From NCBI GenBank assembly GCA_965228895.1, contig OZ245842.1:704001-768000 (forward strand): a DNA stretch of 64,000 nucleotides, in the 5' to 3' direction. The first letter of the stretch is position 1. Each line of letters starts with the position of its first letter. The notes under the pieces were generated by a model. The model saw only the letters and a program-made list of their open reading frames with translations, did no database searches and was not told where the DNA came from. The translations under genes and the position numbers were made by a program. This document shows positions 22,892 through 32,750 of this stretch, piece after piece. The DNA is from Alphaproteobacteria bacterium. Lineage in GTDB: Bacteria > Pseudomonadota > Alphaproteobacteria > SP197.

Positions 22892-23018
22892 CGATGGGTC
22901 TCCGGGCGTGGGGCATTGACTGAGAACGCATGGCTTGCGTCATTCTGCACTTTTCCTCAAGGCCGAACTCGACCATAGATGTCGGATCGTTCCCAGTTTT
23001 GCGGCAGAAAGGTTGTTC

Positions 23019-23999
23019 ATGCCCGAAAACGTGGTTCTTGTAACCGGCGGCGCCGGCTATGTCGGCAGTCATGCGTGCAAGGCGCTGGCTGGCGCAGGTT
23101 ACACGCCCGTGTCCTACGACAATCTGGTGAACGGCCACCGTGATCTCGTGCGTTGGGGACCGTTGGAAGAGGGCGACATTCTGGATGGCGCACGCCTGGA
23201 TGAAGTCATCGACCAGTATCGTCCCGGCGCCGTCATGCATTTCGCAGCATTTGCTGAAGTAGCGGAATCCGTACGTGAGCCCGAGCGCTACTTCCGCAAC
23301 AACGTCGAAGGGTCACGCAGTGTTCTCGACGCCATGGTGCGACACGGGATTGTCCGGATCGTTTTTTCCAGCACCTGTGCGGTCTACGGCATGCCCGACG
23401 TGGTTCCGATCCCCGAGGAGACGCCACGGCACCCGATCAATCCCTATGGTGAGACCAAGGCCGCGGTCGAGGATGCGCTCGCGGAGTTCGGTCGAAACCA
23501 CAGCATCGGCTGGACAGCACTTCGGTACTTCAATGCGGCGGGCGCCGATCCGGATGGCGAGGCCGGCGAACACCACGAACCTGAAAGCCACTTGATACCA
23601 TTGGTGCTGGATACGGCGTTAGGCCGCCGTGAGGCCATTACCGTCTATGGCGACGACTACCCGACGCCAGACGGTTCGTGCCTGCGCGACTATGTTCACG
23701 TCGCCGATCTGGCGACCGCCCATGTTTCGGCCCTCAAGCGCCTGGAGTCGGGCGGCTCGAGCCTTGCCATCAACCTGGGATCCGGCACCGGTGCCTCGGT
23801 CCTGGAGATCATCGCGGCGGCCCAGCGCATCACGGGCGCTGACATCGCCACCGTCATCGGAGATCGCCGGCCCGGCGATCCGCCATCGCTGATCTGCCTG
23901 CCGGAACGTGCGCAACACGAACTCGGTTGGTCGACGACCTATGATATCGAAGCGCAGATCGGCCATGCCTGGGCCTGGCACCGCCAACGGTTCGGTTAA
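23019..23999 (+). CDS. galE: UDP-glucose 4-epimerase
   Basis: GGAGYVGSH, FSSTCAVYG, YGETK, LRYFNAAGAD, RDYVHV. Confidence 0.9.
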   Translation: MPENVVLVTGGAGYVGSHACKALAGAGYTPVSYDNLVNGHRDLVRWGPLEEGDILDGARLDEVIDQYRPGAVMHFAAFAEVAESVREPERYFRNNVEGSRSVLDAMVRHGIVRIVFSSTCAVYGMPDVVPIPEETPRHPINPYGETKAAVEDALAEFGRNHSIGWTALRYFNAAGADPDGEAGEHHEPESHLIPLVLDTALGRREAITVYGDDYPTPDGSCLRDYVHVADLATAHVSALKRLESGGSSLAINLGSGTGASVLEIIAAAQRITGADIATVIGDRRPGDPPSLICLPERAQHELGWSTTYDIEAQIGHAWAWHRQRFG

Positions 24000-24100
24000 C
24001 CCGCTCAATGATGGATATGGCTGTCGGACCAACGTGATGGCGGTCGCGCTACAACCAAATACCACGCGCCGTCCGGTTGGATTTTGGGTTATGAAGACCC

Positions 24101-25051
24101 ATGATCAGTCAAAAGACCATGCTGGTGACGGGCGGTGCTGGCTTTCTGGGTTCGCACCTGTGCGAGCGCCTGCTCAATGACGGCTACGCCGTGGTGGCCG
24201 TCGATAACTTCTTCACCGGTGATCGGCGCAAGGTTCGCGGCCTTATGGACAATCCGGATTTTGAGCTGATCCGGCACGATGTCACGCTGCCACTGTTCAT
24301 TGAGGTCGATGCCATCTTCAACTTTGCCTGCCCGGCATCACCGGTTCACTATCAACACGACCCCGTCCAGACGACCAAAACCAGTGTCCACGGTGCGATC
24401 AACATGCTGGGTCTTGCCAAACGGCTGAGGGTGCCGATCTTGCAGGCGTCGACGTCGGAGGTGTATGGCGATCCCGCCGTCCATCCGCAGGCCGAAGACT
24501 ACTGGGGGCATGTCAATCCGATCGGCCCAAGGTCTTGTTATGACGAGGGAAAGCGCTGCGCCGAGACCTTGTTCTTTGACTACTACCGCCAGCATCAACT
24601 GCCGATCAAGGTGATCCGGATTTTCAACACCTATGGGCCGCGCATGCACGTGTCCGACGGCCGTGTGGTGTCAAACTTTGTGGTGCAGGCGTTGCGCGGC
24701 GAGCCAATCACGCTTTATGGCGACGGCGAACAGACGCGTTCGTTCTGTTATGTCGACGATTTGATCGAAGGCTGCTTGGCAATGATGGAGGGGCCGCCTG
24801 ACTTCATCGGCCCGGTCAATCTTGGTAACCCACACGAGGTCACGATCCGCGAGCTCGCCGAGACGATTATCGAGATGACGGGATCAAACTCGACGCTGAC
24901 TTTCGAGCCGCGCCCCGACGACGATCCACAGCGACGTTGTCCCGATGTCACGCTGGCGGGCAAAAAGCTCGGCTGGCAGCCGTCGATACCGCTTAAGGAA
25001 GGTTTAGGGTCGACAATCGACTACTTTGACGCCTTGTTGAGTGAGAGGTAG
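24101..25051 (+). CDS. UDP-glucuronate decarboxylase (UDP-xylose synthase family)
   Basis: [36 protein letters not shown]. Confidence 0.92.
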   Translation: MISQKTMLVTGGAGFLGSHLCERLLNDGYAVVAVDNFFTGDRRKVRGLMDNPDFELIRHDVTLPLFIEVDAIFNFACPASPVHYQHDPVQTTKTSVHGAINMLGLAKRLRVPILQASTSEVYGDPAVHPQAEDYWGHVNPIGPRSCYDEGKRCAETLFFDYYRQHQLPIKVIRIFNTYGPRMHVSDGRVVSNFVVQALRGEPITLYGDGEQTRSFCYVDDLIEGCLAMMEGPPDFIGPVNLGNPHEVTIRELAETIIEMTGSNSTLTFEPRPDDDPQRRCPDVTLAGKKLGWQPSIPLKEGLGSTIDYFDALLSER

Positions 25052-25100
25052 CACGACCGTCCAGCGGCTCAGTGATAGTGATGGCAAGTAGATAGCTTCG

Positions 25101-25583
25101 ATGCTGACATTCGATACGGACGGAACACGCGCCTTCTGGCAGAAGGCTTGTTTGGCAACCGGCGTGGATGCGGCAACCCCTCATCATGCCGGTACGTTCG
25201 CCGAGCCGGTCAGCAGCGATCGCGCGTCGTTTATCGACGTACTCGCGGAAATGGCGCGTGATGGGACCAAATGCGGTACGGCCCACATGTTGCTGCAGTT
25301 CGTCACCGAAGAGATTCGCATCCGCGAGCCCGGTGACTGCTGGATCGTGACGACAACCCAGGGCAAGCCGCTTTGTGTCGTCCAGATCACCGCGGTCGCG
25401 ATCACGCCGTTCGAGGATGTCGGTGAAGCCTTTGCGGCATCGGAGGGCGAGGGGGATCTGAGCGTGAAACACTGGCGCGGCGCGCACATCAACTACTTCA
25501 AGAAGCAGTGCGCGCGGTGGGGTCGACTGTGGCATGACCGCCAGCCTATCGTGTGCGAGAGCTTCGAGCTGATCTACCCTTAG
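25101..25583 (+). CDS. ASCH domain protein
   Basis: GTKCGTA (GxKxxT), AASEGEGDLS...WR...H...F, CESFEL. Confidence 0.85.
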   Translation: MLTFDTDGTRAFWQKACLATGVDAATPHHAGTFAEPVSSDRASFIDVLAEMARDGTKCGTAHMLLQFVTEEIRIREPGDCWIVTTTQGKPLCVVQITAVAITPFEDVGEAFAASEGEGDLSVKHWRGAHINYFKKQCARWGRLWHDRQPIVCESFELIYP

Positions 25584-25616
25584 GCGCTTGGTGCTCCATC
25601 GCCGGCGAGAGGAGCA

Positions 25617-26150
25617 ATGGCCGTGAACGTGATCGATCTGACCTTGCCGATGCACGCGGAGATGGACGTTTATCCCGGCGATCCGGCGCCGCGCTACGAC
25701 TTGATCGAGGTTTTTGCGGAGACCGGCTGGAACATGCGCAGGCTGGAGATGAACGGCCATGACGGTACCCATGTCAACGTACCCCTGCACGCCACGGCCG
25801 ACGGCAGGAACCTCGACGATTACGATCTCTCCAATTTTGTCGGCGAAGCCGTCCTCTATGAATCCGATGCCGATATCGCGCCCGACCTGGGGTTGATCTT
25901 CCACGCCACGGACATCTCCTGGTCAAGCGCCAAGGCAATTGTCGATATCGGCCCGCGTTTCATCGGGTTGCCGGCACGGTTCGAGTTCGACATCGCTATC
26001 GAGCGGTGGTTGTTGGAACGCGATGTCATCTCATTCGAGCGGCTGATCAACACCGACCGACTGCCCAAACGTTTCTTTTTTCACGGCGCGCCGCTCAAGA
26101 TTGTCCAGGGCGACGGCAGTCCGGTTCGCGCTTATGCCATCACCGACTAA
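25617..26150 (+). CDS. Cyclase family metal hydrolase (kynurenine formamidase-like, short)
   Basis: IDLT, YPGDP, HDGTHVNVPLH, PLKIVQGDGSPVRAYA. Confidence 0.85.
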   Translation: MAVNVIDLTLPMHAEMDVYPGDPAPRYDLIEVFAETGWNMRRLEMNGHDGTHVNVPLHATADGRNLDDYDLSNFVGEAVLYESDADIAPDLGLIFHATDISWSSAKAIVDIGPRFIGLPARFEFDIAIERWLLERDVISFERLINTDRLPKRFFFHGAPLKIVQGDGSPVRAYAITD

Positions 26151-26203
26151 ACAAGATGCCATTCCCGCCTGATTGGGAGCGTGGACCACCTTTGCATCGA
26201 TCC

Positions 26204-26255
26204 TTATCAATGTAAGATATCAGACCTTAAGATTTATCAATCTAAGCGCATTGAT
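26204..26255. promoter_or_regulatory. Putative operator region upstream of importer 1
   Basis: TTATCAATGTAAG/TTATCAATCTAAG direct repeat 30 bp apart, plus ATCAAT-N8-ATTGAT dyad. Confidence 0.45.
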
Positions 26256-26377
26256 GACGATAAACCCGTGAATGGGCGGCAATCGACCGTGCCAAACCAT
26301 AGGCGTAGCCAATGGCTGCCCTTCGGTTTGTCGCGGTTATCGCCGTGAACTCCAAAAGAACCCAGGGAGGCGGGAGT

Positions 26378-27442
26378 ATGTTCAAGCGTTTTGAGGGTAA
26401 GAGTTTTGCCGAGCGGCATGGTGCCGGCCGGCTGAGCACCATGGTGGCCGGCATCGCGGTCGGCGCTGCCATCGGTATTGGCACCTTGATGACGGCGCCG
26501 GCTCAGGCTGAAGAAGGTGTGATCCGTTGCGCCTATCCCTATTGGTTCGGCTTCGCGCCGGTGCCGGTGGCGAGCGCCATGGGCTATTTCGAAGAGGAAG
26601 GCCTTGAGGTCACGACCGTCTTCGATAACGACCGCGCGAACGTCTATCCCGGTCTCGAAATCGGCGATCTCGACTGCACCATGCGCACGATCGGCGAGCA
26701 TATGTCGCGCCCGCTGGCCGAAGACTCGAACTTCGTCGTCATCGGCCTGATCGATATCTCCGTTGGCGCCGACGGTGTTGTCGCCGCACCCGATGTCAAC
26801 GATGTTACCGACCTGATCGGCCGCACCTTCGCCGGCGAGATCAACCACCCGGGCACATTGATGACAGCGCACGCGTTGAGGGAAGCCGGTCACAGCTTTT
26901 CCGACGTCAACGTCCGACTGATCAACACCGATGACAGCCCGGCCGTCTTCGAAGACGACGATGTCGCCGCCGTCGCGACGTGGGAACCGATGATGAGCGA
27001 CATTGTCGCCAACACGTCGCGCGAGGGTTCGAAGATCCTGCTGTCGTCGGCAGACTTCAACGGCCTGATCACCGACGTCGTCATCGTCAACAAGGAAGAC
27101 TATGAGGCCGACCGCGAGAAGTACGCGGCGTTCATGCGCGGCATCTATCGCGCCGTCGATCTCTACAACAACGACCCCGAGAAGTTCCTCGAGGTCGCGG
27201 CGCCGGCCTATGAGGTCACGCCCGAGCAGATGAAGGTCGATATTGAAGGCGTCTACTACACCTCCTACGAGGATGCGGTCGAATACTTCGGCACCGATGG
27301 TCAGCCGGCCAAGCTTGCCGACGTGGTCAACGCGCTGAACGATATTCAGGTCGAGCTCGACCTGATGGACGCGCCGATCTCGATGGAGGCCATGTCGGAC
27401 CCGAGCCTGACCGACGGTCTGTTCGACGGCAAGACGCGCTAA
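26378..27442 (+). CDS. ABC transporter substrate-binding protein, NitT/TauT family
   Basis: Signal peptide; YWFGFAP, DISVGADG, ATWEP, LITDV; very acidic. Confidence 0.88.
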   Translation: MFKRFEGKSFAERHGAGRLSTMVAGIAVGAAIGIGTLMTAPAQAEEGVIRCAYPYWFGFAPVPVASAMGYFEEEGLEVTTVFDNDRANVYPGLEIGDLDCTMRTIGEHMSRPLAEDSNFVVIGLIDISVGADGVVAAPDVNDVTDLIGRTFAGEINHPGTLMTAHALREAGHSFSDVNVRLINTDDSPAVFEDDDVAAVATWEPMMSDIVANTSREGSKILLSSADFNGLITDVVIVNKEDYEADREKYAAFMRGIYRAVDLYNNDPEKFLEVAAPAYEVTPEQMKVDIEGVYYTSYEDAVEYFGTDGQPAKLADVVNALNDIQVELDLMDAPISMEAMSDPSLTDGLFDGKTR

Positions 27443-27474
27443 CCGTCTACCGTCTGACCTTTTTGTGTATCCCA

Positions 27475-27509
27475 CACCGGCTTTGCGGGCTTAGCCTGCA
27501 AAGCCGGTG
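27475..27509 (+). terminator. Stem-loop after the SBP gene (mRNA-stabilising or partial terminator)
   Basis: CACCGGCTTTGCGGGC-TTA-GCCTGCAAAGCCGGTG, 16-bp stem with one G-U; no U-tract downstream. Confidence 0.55.
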
Positions 27510-27574
27510 GCGGGCGCCTGTCATGTGTGTCCGGCTCCGGCGCACCGCGCGCTCCATCAAGGAGGACTGACCTG

Positions 27575-28363
27575 ATGGCCCTCAGATCGGCGCTGTTCGC
27601 CTATCGCGGCGAATCGTCGCCCCGTACCGACCTCGTCCTGGCCGTGGTCGCCTTGGCTGGTTTCTTTATCGTCTGGTACTTGATCTCAGTTTTCGAGATC
27701 GTGTCGCAGCGGTTCCTGCCGACACCCATCGACGTTGTGGTGGCGCTATGGACCATGCTGACGGTCAACAACTTCATCGAGGATATCTGGATCTCGGTGG
27801 CGCGGGTTTGGGGCGCGTTCGCGCTCTCGGTCGTGTTTGCCGTGCCGATCGGCATCTGGATGAGCAGCTACCGCATCGTCGGCACGCTGATCGAGCCGGT
27901 TGTCGACTTTATCCGCTATCTACCCGTGCCGGCCCTCGTACCGCTCTTGATTATCTGGTTCGGCATTGGCGAAGCCTCGAAGATCGCGGTGTTGTTTATG
28001 GGGACGTTCTTTCAGCTTGTTTTGCTGATCGCCGACGATGCCAAGCGCGTGCCTAAGGAATTCATCGAGATCGGCTATACCCTTGGCGGCAAGCCACGCA
28101 ACATCACCAAGGACATCGTGTTCCGGTCGATGATGCCGAACCTGGTCGACAACCTCAGGATCACACTGGGTTGGTGTTGGACCTGGATCATCGTTGCCGA
28201 GATCGTCGCCGCCAACAGCGGCATTGGGCACGCTATCTGGTCGATGCGCCGGTTCCTCAAGACGCCGGAAGTGATGGCCGGTATTCTGACCATCGGCATT
28301 ATCGGCCTGGTGACCGATCAGTTGATCCGTGTCGCCCATCGCCGTTACTTCCGGTACCTCTAG
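27575..28363 (+). CDS. ABC permease, NitT/TauT family
   Basis: AGGAGG RBS; RYLPVPALVPL, WFGIGE, AEIVAANSGIG. Confidence 0.9.
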   Translation: MALRSALFAYRGESSPRTDLVLAVVALAGFFIVWYLISVFEIVSQRFLPTPIDVVVALWTMLTVNNFIEDIWISVARVWGAFALSVVFAVPIGIWMSSYRIVGTLIEPVVDFIRYLPVPALVPLLIIWFGIGEASKIAVLFMGTFFQLVLLIADDAKRVPKEFIEIGYTLGGKPRNITKDIVFRSMMPNLVDNLRITLGWCWTWIIVAEIVAANSGIGHAIWSMRRFLKTPEVMAGILTIGIIGLVTDQLIRVAHRRYFRYL

Positions 28364-28372
28364 GAGCAGGCG

Positions 28373-29185
28373 ATGGTCGATCCATCAAGATTTGTCGATG
28401 TCCGTGGTGTCTCGAAAGTGTTTGAGACGGGCGGGCGTGTCGTCGAACCGATTGCCGTCATCAACGACGTCTCGATGACCTTGGCAGAGGGTGAATTCGT
28501 CGTCTATCTCGGCCCTTCCGGCTGCGGCAAGACGACCCTGATGCGCATCGTCGGCGGCCTGGAGACTGCGTCATCCGGCGAGATCTGGCTGGCTGACGAG
28601 AAGGTCACCGGGCCTGATCGGCGCAAGGGCATGGTGTTTCAGACCTACACCTCGTTTCCCTGGCTGACGGTCTCGGAAAACATTCACTTCGGCACCAAGT
28701 ACCGCACCGACATTTCGCCGAAGCAGAAGCAAGAGATTTCCGACCACTATCTCGACCTCGTCGGCCTCAACAAGTTCGCCGACTTTCACGTCAACCGCAT
28801 CTCGGGCGGTATGCGCCAACGTGTCGCTATTGCGCGAACCCTTGCCGCTGAGCCCGACATTTTGCTGATGGACGAACCGTTTGGCGCCCTTGATGCACAG
28901 ACCCGTGAACATCTGCAGGTCCAGATGCGCGAGATCTCGCGGATCGAGAACAAGACGGTGATTTTTGTGACCCACGATGTCGAGGAGGCGATCTTTCTTG
29001 CTGATCGCATCGTGATCTTTTCCGCGCGCCCGGCGACGATTGTCGAAGAAATCGACGTGACCCAAAAGCTGCCGGTTCACCGCGACATGACGACCAAGGA
29101 GACAGAGGACTTCTTCCACCTGCGCAACCATGTGCGTGACGTCATGCGACACCTGGAGACCGATGACGATGCGGTGGACGTGTAG
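28373..29185 (+). CDS. ABC ATP-binding protein, NitT/TauT family
   Basis: GPSGCGKT, ISGGMRQR, MDEPFGALD, VTHD. Confidence 0.93.
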   Translation: MVDPSRFVDVRGVSKVFETGGRVVEPIAVINDVSMTLAEGEFVVYLGPSGCGKTTLMRIVGGLETASSGEIWLADEKVTGPDRRKGMVFQTYTSFPWLTVSENIHFGTKYRTDISPKQKQEISDHYLDLVGLNKFADFHVNRISGGMRQRVAIARTLAAEPDILLMDEPFGALDAQTREHLQVQMREISRIENKTVIFVTHDVEEAIFLADRIVIFSARPATIVEEIDVTQKLPVHRDMTTKETEDFFHLRNHVRDVMRHLETDDDAVDV

Positions 29186-29971
29186 GTGACCGGCATGGCG
29201 ACCATGGGACTTGAAGGCAAAAAGGTGGTGATCACCGGCGGTAGCCGCGGGGTGGGATTGGGGATTGCTGAAGGGTTCGCCGGCGTTGGCTGTGACCTCA
29301 CGCTGATCGCCCTGGATGACGAGGTCGAGGACGTCGCCGCCCAACTGGCGGACAAGTACGGTTGCCCCGTGCGCGGCTTTCTATGCGACATCACCGATCG
29401 CGGCAGCTTGGACGCGGTGGCGCAGCAGATCGACCGGGTCGATGTGCTCGTCAACAACGCTGGCCTAGAACTCATCACGCCAATTGAAGACGAAGACCCG
29501 GATATCGAAGAGACGTTCCGACGCATCGTCGACATCAACGTCATGGGGACCTACTACGTCACACGGCGTTGCCTGCCCAAGATGCCGGATGGTGGGCGCA
29601 TCATCCTGACCGCATCGCAGTGGGCGAAGTCGGCGGTCGGCGAGTTCAGCGCCTATTGCGCGTCAAAACACGCCAACCTGGGTTTCATGCGCAGCCTGGC
29701 CAAGGAACTGGGGCCGCGCGGCATCAGCGTCAACGCGGTTTGCCCAGGCTGGGTCCGCACCATCGCCAGCATGCGTTCGCTCGCTGCCATGGCGCGCCGC
29801 GTCGACCGCGCCGAGAGCGACTTGTTGGATGAGATTGTCGCGGCCCAGGCGTTCCCCGGATTGATGGAGCCGCGTGAGATGGCCGACACCTATCTGTTCC
29901 TGGCTTCCGATGCGGCGCGCAACATTACCGGCCAAGCCATTACCGTCGACCGTGGTGACATATTGGTCTGA
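29186..29971 (+). CDS. Short-chain dehydrogenase/reductase (start may be 29195 or 29204)
   Basis: TGGSRGVG, NNAG, YCASK, VCPGWVRT. Confidence 0.9.
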   Translation: MTGMATMGLEGKKVVITGGSRGVGLGIAEGFAGVGCDLTLIALDDEVEDVAAQLADKYGCPVRGFLCDITDRGSLDAVAQQIDRVDVLVNNAGLELITPIEDEDPDIEETFRRIVDINVMGTYYVTRRCLPKMPDGGRIILTASQWAKSAVGEFSAYCASKHANLGFMRSLAKELGPRGISVNAVCPGWVRTIASMRSLAAMARRVDRAESDLLDEIVAAQAFPGLMEPREMADTYLFLASDAARNITGQAITVDRGDILV

Positions 29972-29985
29972 AACGCGCGGACCCC

Positions 29986-31347
29986 TCAGGGTCCAATCAC
30001 GACCAGCTTCAAGTCGTTCACGTTGGTGCCGGTAGCACCGGTCATAATCAGCGATCCCATACCGTCCAGAGCCGGCGTGGCGTTGTGGCGCCGCAGCACG
30101 TCGTGGAGGTCGATGCCGGCCGCTGTTGCGCGTGCCATGCTCGATCCATCAACCAGACCGCCCGCTGCATCCGAAGGGCCGTCGGAACCGTCGGTATCGA
30201 TCCCCAACAGGGCGACATCATCCAGACCATCCAGATGGATAGCACCGGCTACGGCGAATTCCTGGTTGGGACCGCCTACACCGTGTGCGCCGTCGATCGT
30301 GACAGTGGTCTCGCCACCGCCGATCAGAACGCAAGGCGCAGGGATGGGATGACCGCTCAGCCGGACCTCATGCGCCATGGCTGCCATGGTTCGTCCGAGC
30401 TCACGGCTCTCACCCTCGAACGCCGTCGATAACAGGAGCGGCTGAAAGCCAAGCGCCTCGGCGCGCCGGGCGGCGGCGTGGCATGCGGCATCGGCGGCGA
30501 CGAGGACATGATCAATCCGATCGAGATGGGCGAGGTCGGCGTCTTTCGGTGTCTCCTGCGAAGGTCCGGCATGTTTCAGGTAATCGGCGATGGCGGCTGG
30601 AATGATCGGCCACAGGTTGTACTTGTCGAGCGTATGCCGTGCATCGTCGAAGGTTGCGGTATCGGGGACCGTCGGGTCGGTGATGTAGTCGAGAGCATCG
30701 CCGATAACGTCGGACACCGTCACGTTGATCAGGATGGTCCCAGCAGGCAACGCAGCAGCCAGCCGCCCCCCTTTCACGGTACTGACGTGTTTGCGCACAG
30801 CATTGATTTCGCGAATGTTCGCACCGCAGGTCAGCAGTTTGCGATTAAGCGCCTTCTTGTCGTCAAGCGAAACGCCGGAAACAGGCGAGACGAACAAAGC
30901 CGAGCTACCGCCCGTCACCGCAGCGATGACCACATCGCCCGGCCGCACGGCCTTCAGCAGATCGACGGTGCGCCCGGCTCCTTCCAATGACATCTCGTCG
31001 GGCACCGGGTGGGCGGCGTGCATGAGTTCGATATGCGTCAGACGACCTTGTTGCCCGGTCTTGCAGACGACAAGACCTGCGTCAACGCGTGCACCGAGCA
31101 TGTCATCAAGGACCTTGGCAATAGGAAACGTCGCCTTGCCGGTACCGATGACAAAGACCCGTCGCCCATCCAGATCAATGGCGCGTTGGCCGATCTTCAG
31201 GACGTTACCGTCAAGGGAGAGAAGGCTGGCGGCCGCTGCGCCAGGATCGCAAGCTGAGAGTGCGCTTTCGACGAGATCGAGCGCGACCTCACGCGCCGGA
31301 TTGGCGGCCTGAAGCAGTGCCTCGCGATTGGTAACGATCGGCTTCAT
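29986..31347 (-). CDS. Type-2 glycerate kinase family protein (DUF4147/MOFRL, TtuD-like)
   Basis: GTGKA, AAHPVPD, GGSSAL, INAVRKH, SDVIGD, GGETTV, TDGSDG, TGTNVND. Confidence 0.9.
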   Translation of the reverse strand: MKPIVTNREALLQAANPAREVALDLVESALSACDPGAAAASLLSLDGNVLKIGQRAIDLDGRRVFVIGTGKATFPIAKVLDDMLGARVDAGLVVCKTGQQGRLTHIELMHAAHPVPDEMSLEGAGRTVDLLKAVRPGDVVIAAVTGGSSALFVSPVSGVSLDDKKALNRKLLTCGANIREINAVRKHVSTVKGGRLAAALPAGTILINVTVSDVIGDALDYITDPTVPDTATFDDARHTLDKYNLWPIIPAAIADYLKHAGPSQETPKDADLAHLDRIDHVLVAADAACHAAARRAEALGFQPLLLSTAFEGESRELGRTMAAMAHEVRLSGHPIPAPCVLIGGGETTVTIDGAHGVGGPNQEFAVAGAIHLDGLDDVALLGIDTDGSDGPSDAAGGLVDGSSMARATAAGIDLHDVLRRHNATPALDGMGSLIMTGATGTNVNDLKLVVIGP

Positions 31348-31380
31348 GATGCATCGACCCGTCGTGCGGTCGACGTGGCG

Positions 31381-32664
31381 TCAGCCAGGCCGGTGAAAAT
31401 TGTGTCCGGCATAGGCGGCTGTCGCGCCGAGTTCCTCTTCGATCAGCAGCAGGCGGTTGTGTTTGGCGGTCCGTTCGCCGCGCACAGGCATGCCGGTCTT
31501 GATCTGGCCGCTGTTGAGTGCGACCACGAGGTCGGAAATGAGCGGATCTTCGGTCTCGCCGGACCGTTCGGAGACCTGCACGCCATAGCCATGGCGGTAG
31601 GCGAAGGCGGCGGCATCGAGCGCTTCGCTCAATGAGCCGATCTGGTTGACCTTGAACAGCATGGCGTTCGCGGCGCCGATGGCGACACCCATGCGCAGCC
31701 GTTCGACATTGGTGACGAACAAATCGTCGCCGACAATCTGCGTCTGCGGCAGTTCGTTGGTGACCTTGACGAACCCGTCGAGGTCGTCTTCATCGAGCGG
31801 GTCCTCCATGGAACCCAACGGATACTTGTCGGCGACTTGTTTATAGAGATCGATCAGGGCGTCACGGTCATAGTCGGTGTCGTCGAGAACGTAGACATCG
31901 CGCTCCTTGTCGAACCAATGGGTCGATGCGCAGTCGAGGCCGTAGACGATGTCTTCGCCGAAACCTGGCCGGTAGCCTGCCGCTTCGCAGGCGCGCTGCA
32001 TGAACTCGAAGGGCTCCCAGATGCCGCGCATGGGCGTGGCGAACCCGCCTTCATCGCCGGTGTTGGTGGCGAGAATGCCGTACTTCTCAATGACGAGATC
32101 GCGCAGCGCCTCGTTGATCTCCGTGGTGATCTGAAGCGCGTGAGCGTAGCTCTCCGCGCCCACGGGCATGATGATGAATTCTTGGATCTCCAGGTCGTTG
32201 GCGGTCAGCTTGCCGCCGTTCAGACAATTCATCAGCGGTACCGGCAGCACCCGGCAAAGCGGGTTGATATAGCGATAGAGCGGCAGGCCGGAGACCTGTG
32301 CGCCGGCGCGCGCGACTGCCAGAGAGACACCCAGGATCGCGTTGGCGCCCAGGCGGTTCTTGTTCGGTGTGCCGTCGAGTTCGCACATCACCTGGTCGAT
32401 CCGCCGCTGTTCGGTGACGTCCATGCCCAGGACCGCTTCGGCGATCTCGCCGGTGACATTGGAGACGGCCTGGCGAACGCCCTGGCCGAAGTAGCGGTTA
32501 CCGCCATCGTGCAGCACGCGGGCTTCGTGGGTGCCGGTCGAGCGGCCCTGGGGCACATCGGCGCGCCCGGCCATGATGCCGTCGACCCAGACATCGACCT
32601 GGACCGTCGGCCAGCCCCGGCAATCGATGATTTCGCGGGCTCGGATGTCTGAGATTTCGTTCAT
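31381..32664 (-). CDS. eno: Enolase paralog with altered substrate-binding residues
   Basis: Full enolase fold (REIID, GANAILGVS, QEF, GDEGG, GDDL, KVNQIG, QIKTG) but PQGRST, NGGKL and SERSGE deviate; symbol denotes family only. Confidence 0.85.
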   Translation of the reverse strand: MNEISDIRAREIIDCRGWPTVQVDVWVDGIMAGRADVPQGRSTGTHEARVLHDGGNRYFGQGVRQAVSNVTGEIAEAVLGMDVTEQRRIDQVMCELDGTPNKNRLGANAILGVSLAVARAGAQVSGLPLYRYINPLCRVLPVPLMNCLNGGKLTANDLEIQEFIIMPVGAESYAHALQITTEINEALRDLVIEKYGILATNTGDEGGFATPMRGIWEPFEFMQRACEAAGYRPGFGEDIVYGLDCASTHWFDKERDVYVLDDTDYDRDALIDLYKQVADKYPLGSMEDPLDEDDLDGFVKVTNELPQTQIVGDDLFVTNVERLRMGVAIGAANAMLFKVNQIGSLSEALDAAAFAYRHGYGVQVSERSGETEDPLISDLVVALNSGQIKTGMPVRGERTAKHNRLLLIEEELGATAAYAGHNFHRPG

Positions 32665-32750
32665 GGCGTGTCTTTCCGATCCGGTATGGACAAACCAGCG
32701 GTAGCGCAGGTTCTGGGAAACGTTGGCTCGTGGCCAGGACGGTCGTTGAT

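Noticed and set aside
26151-26377. Guanidine (ykkC-type) riboswitch upstream of the importers or ureohydrolases
   Set aside because: By eye I found no guanidine-I core or paired ACGR hairpins here or in 33710-33837, 44998-45063 or 46786-47128. An Infernal scan would be decisive.
29986-32664. Ordinary glycerate-to-PEP (tartrate or serine-cycle) module
   Set aside because: Not excluded, but disfavoured by the enolase active-site substitutions and apparent co-transcription with a guanidino hydrolase.
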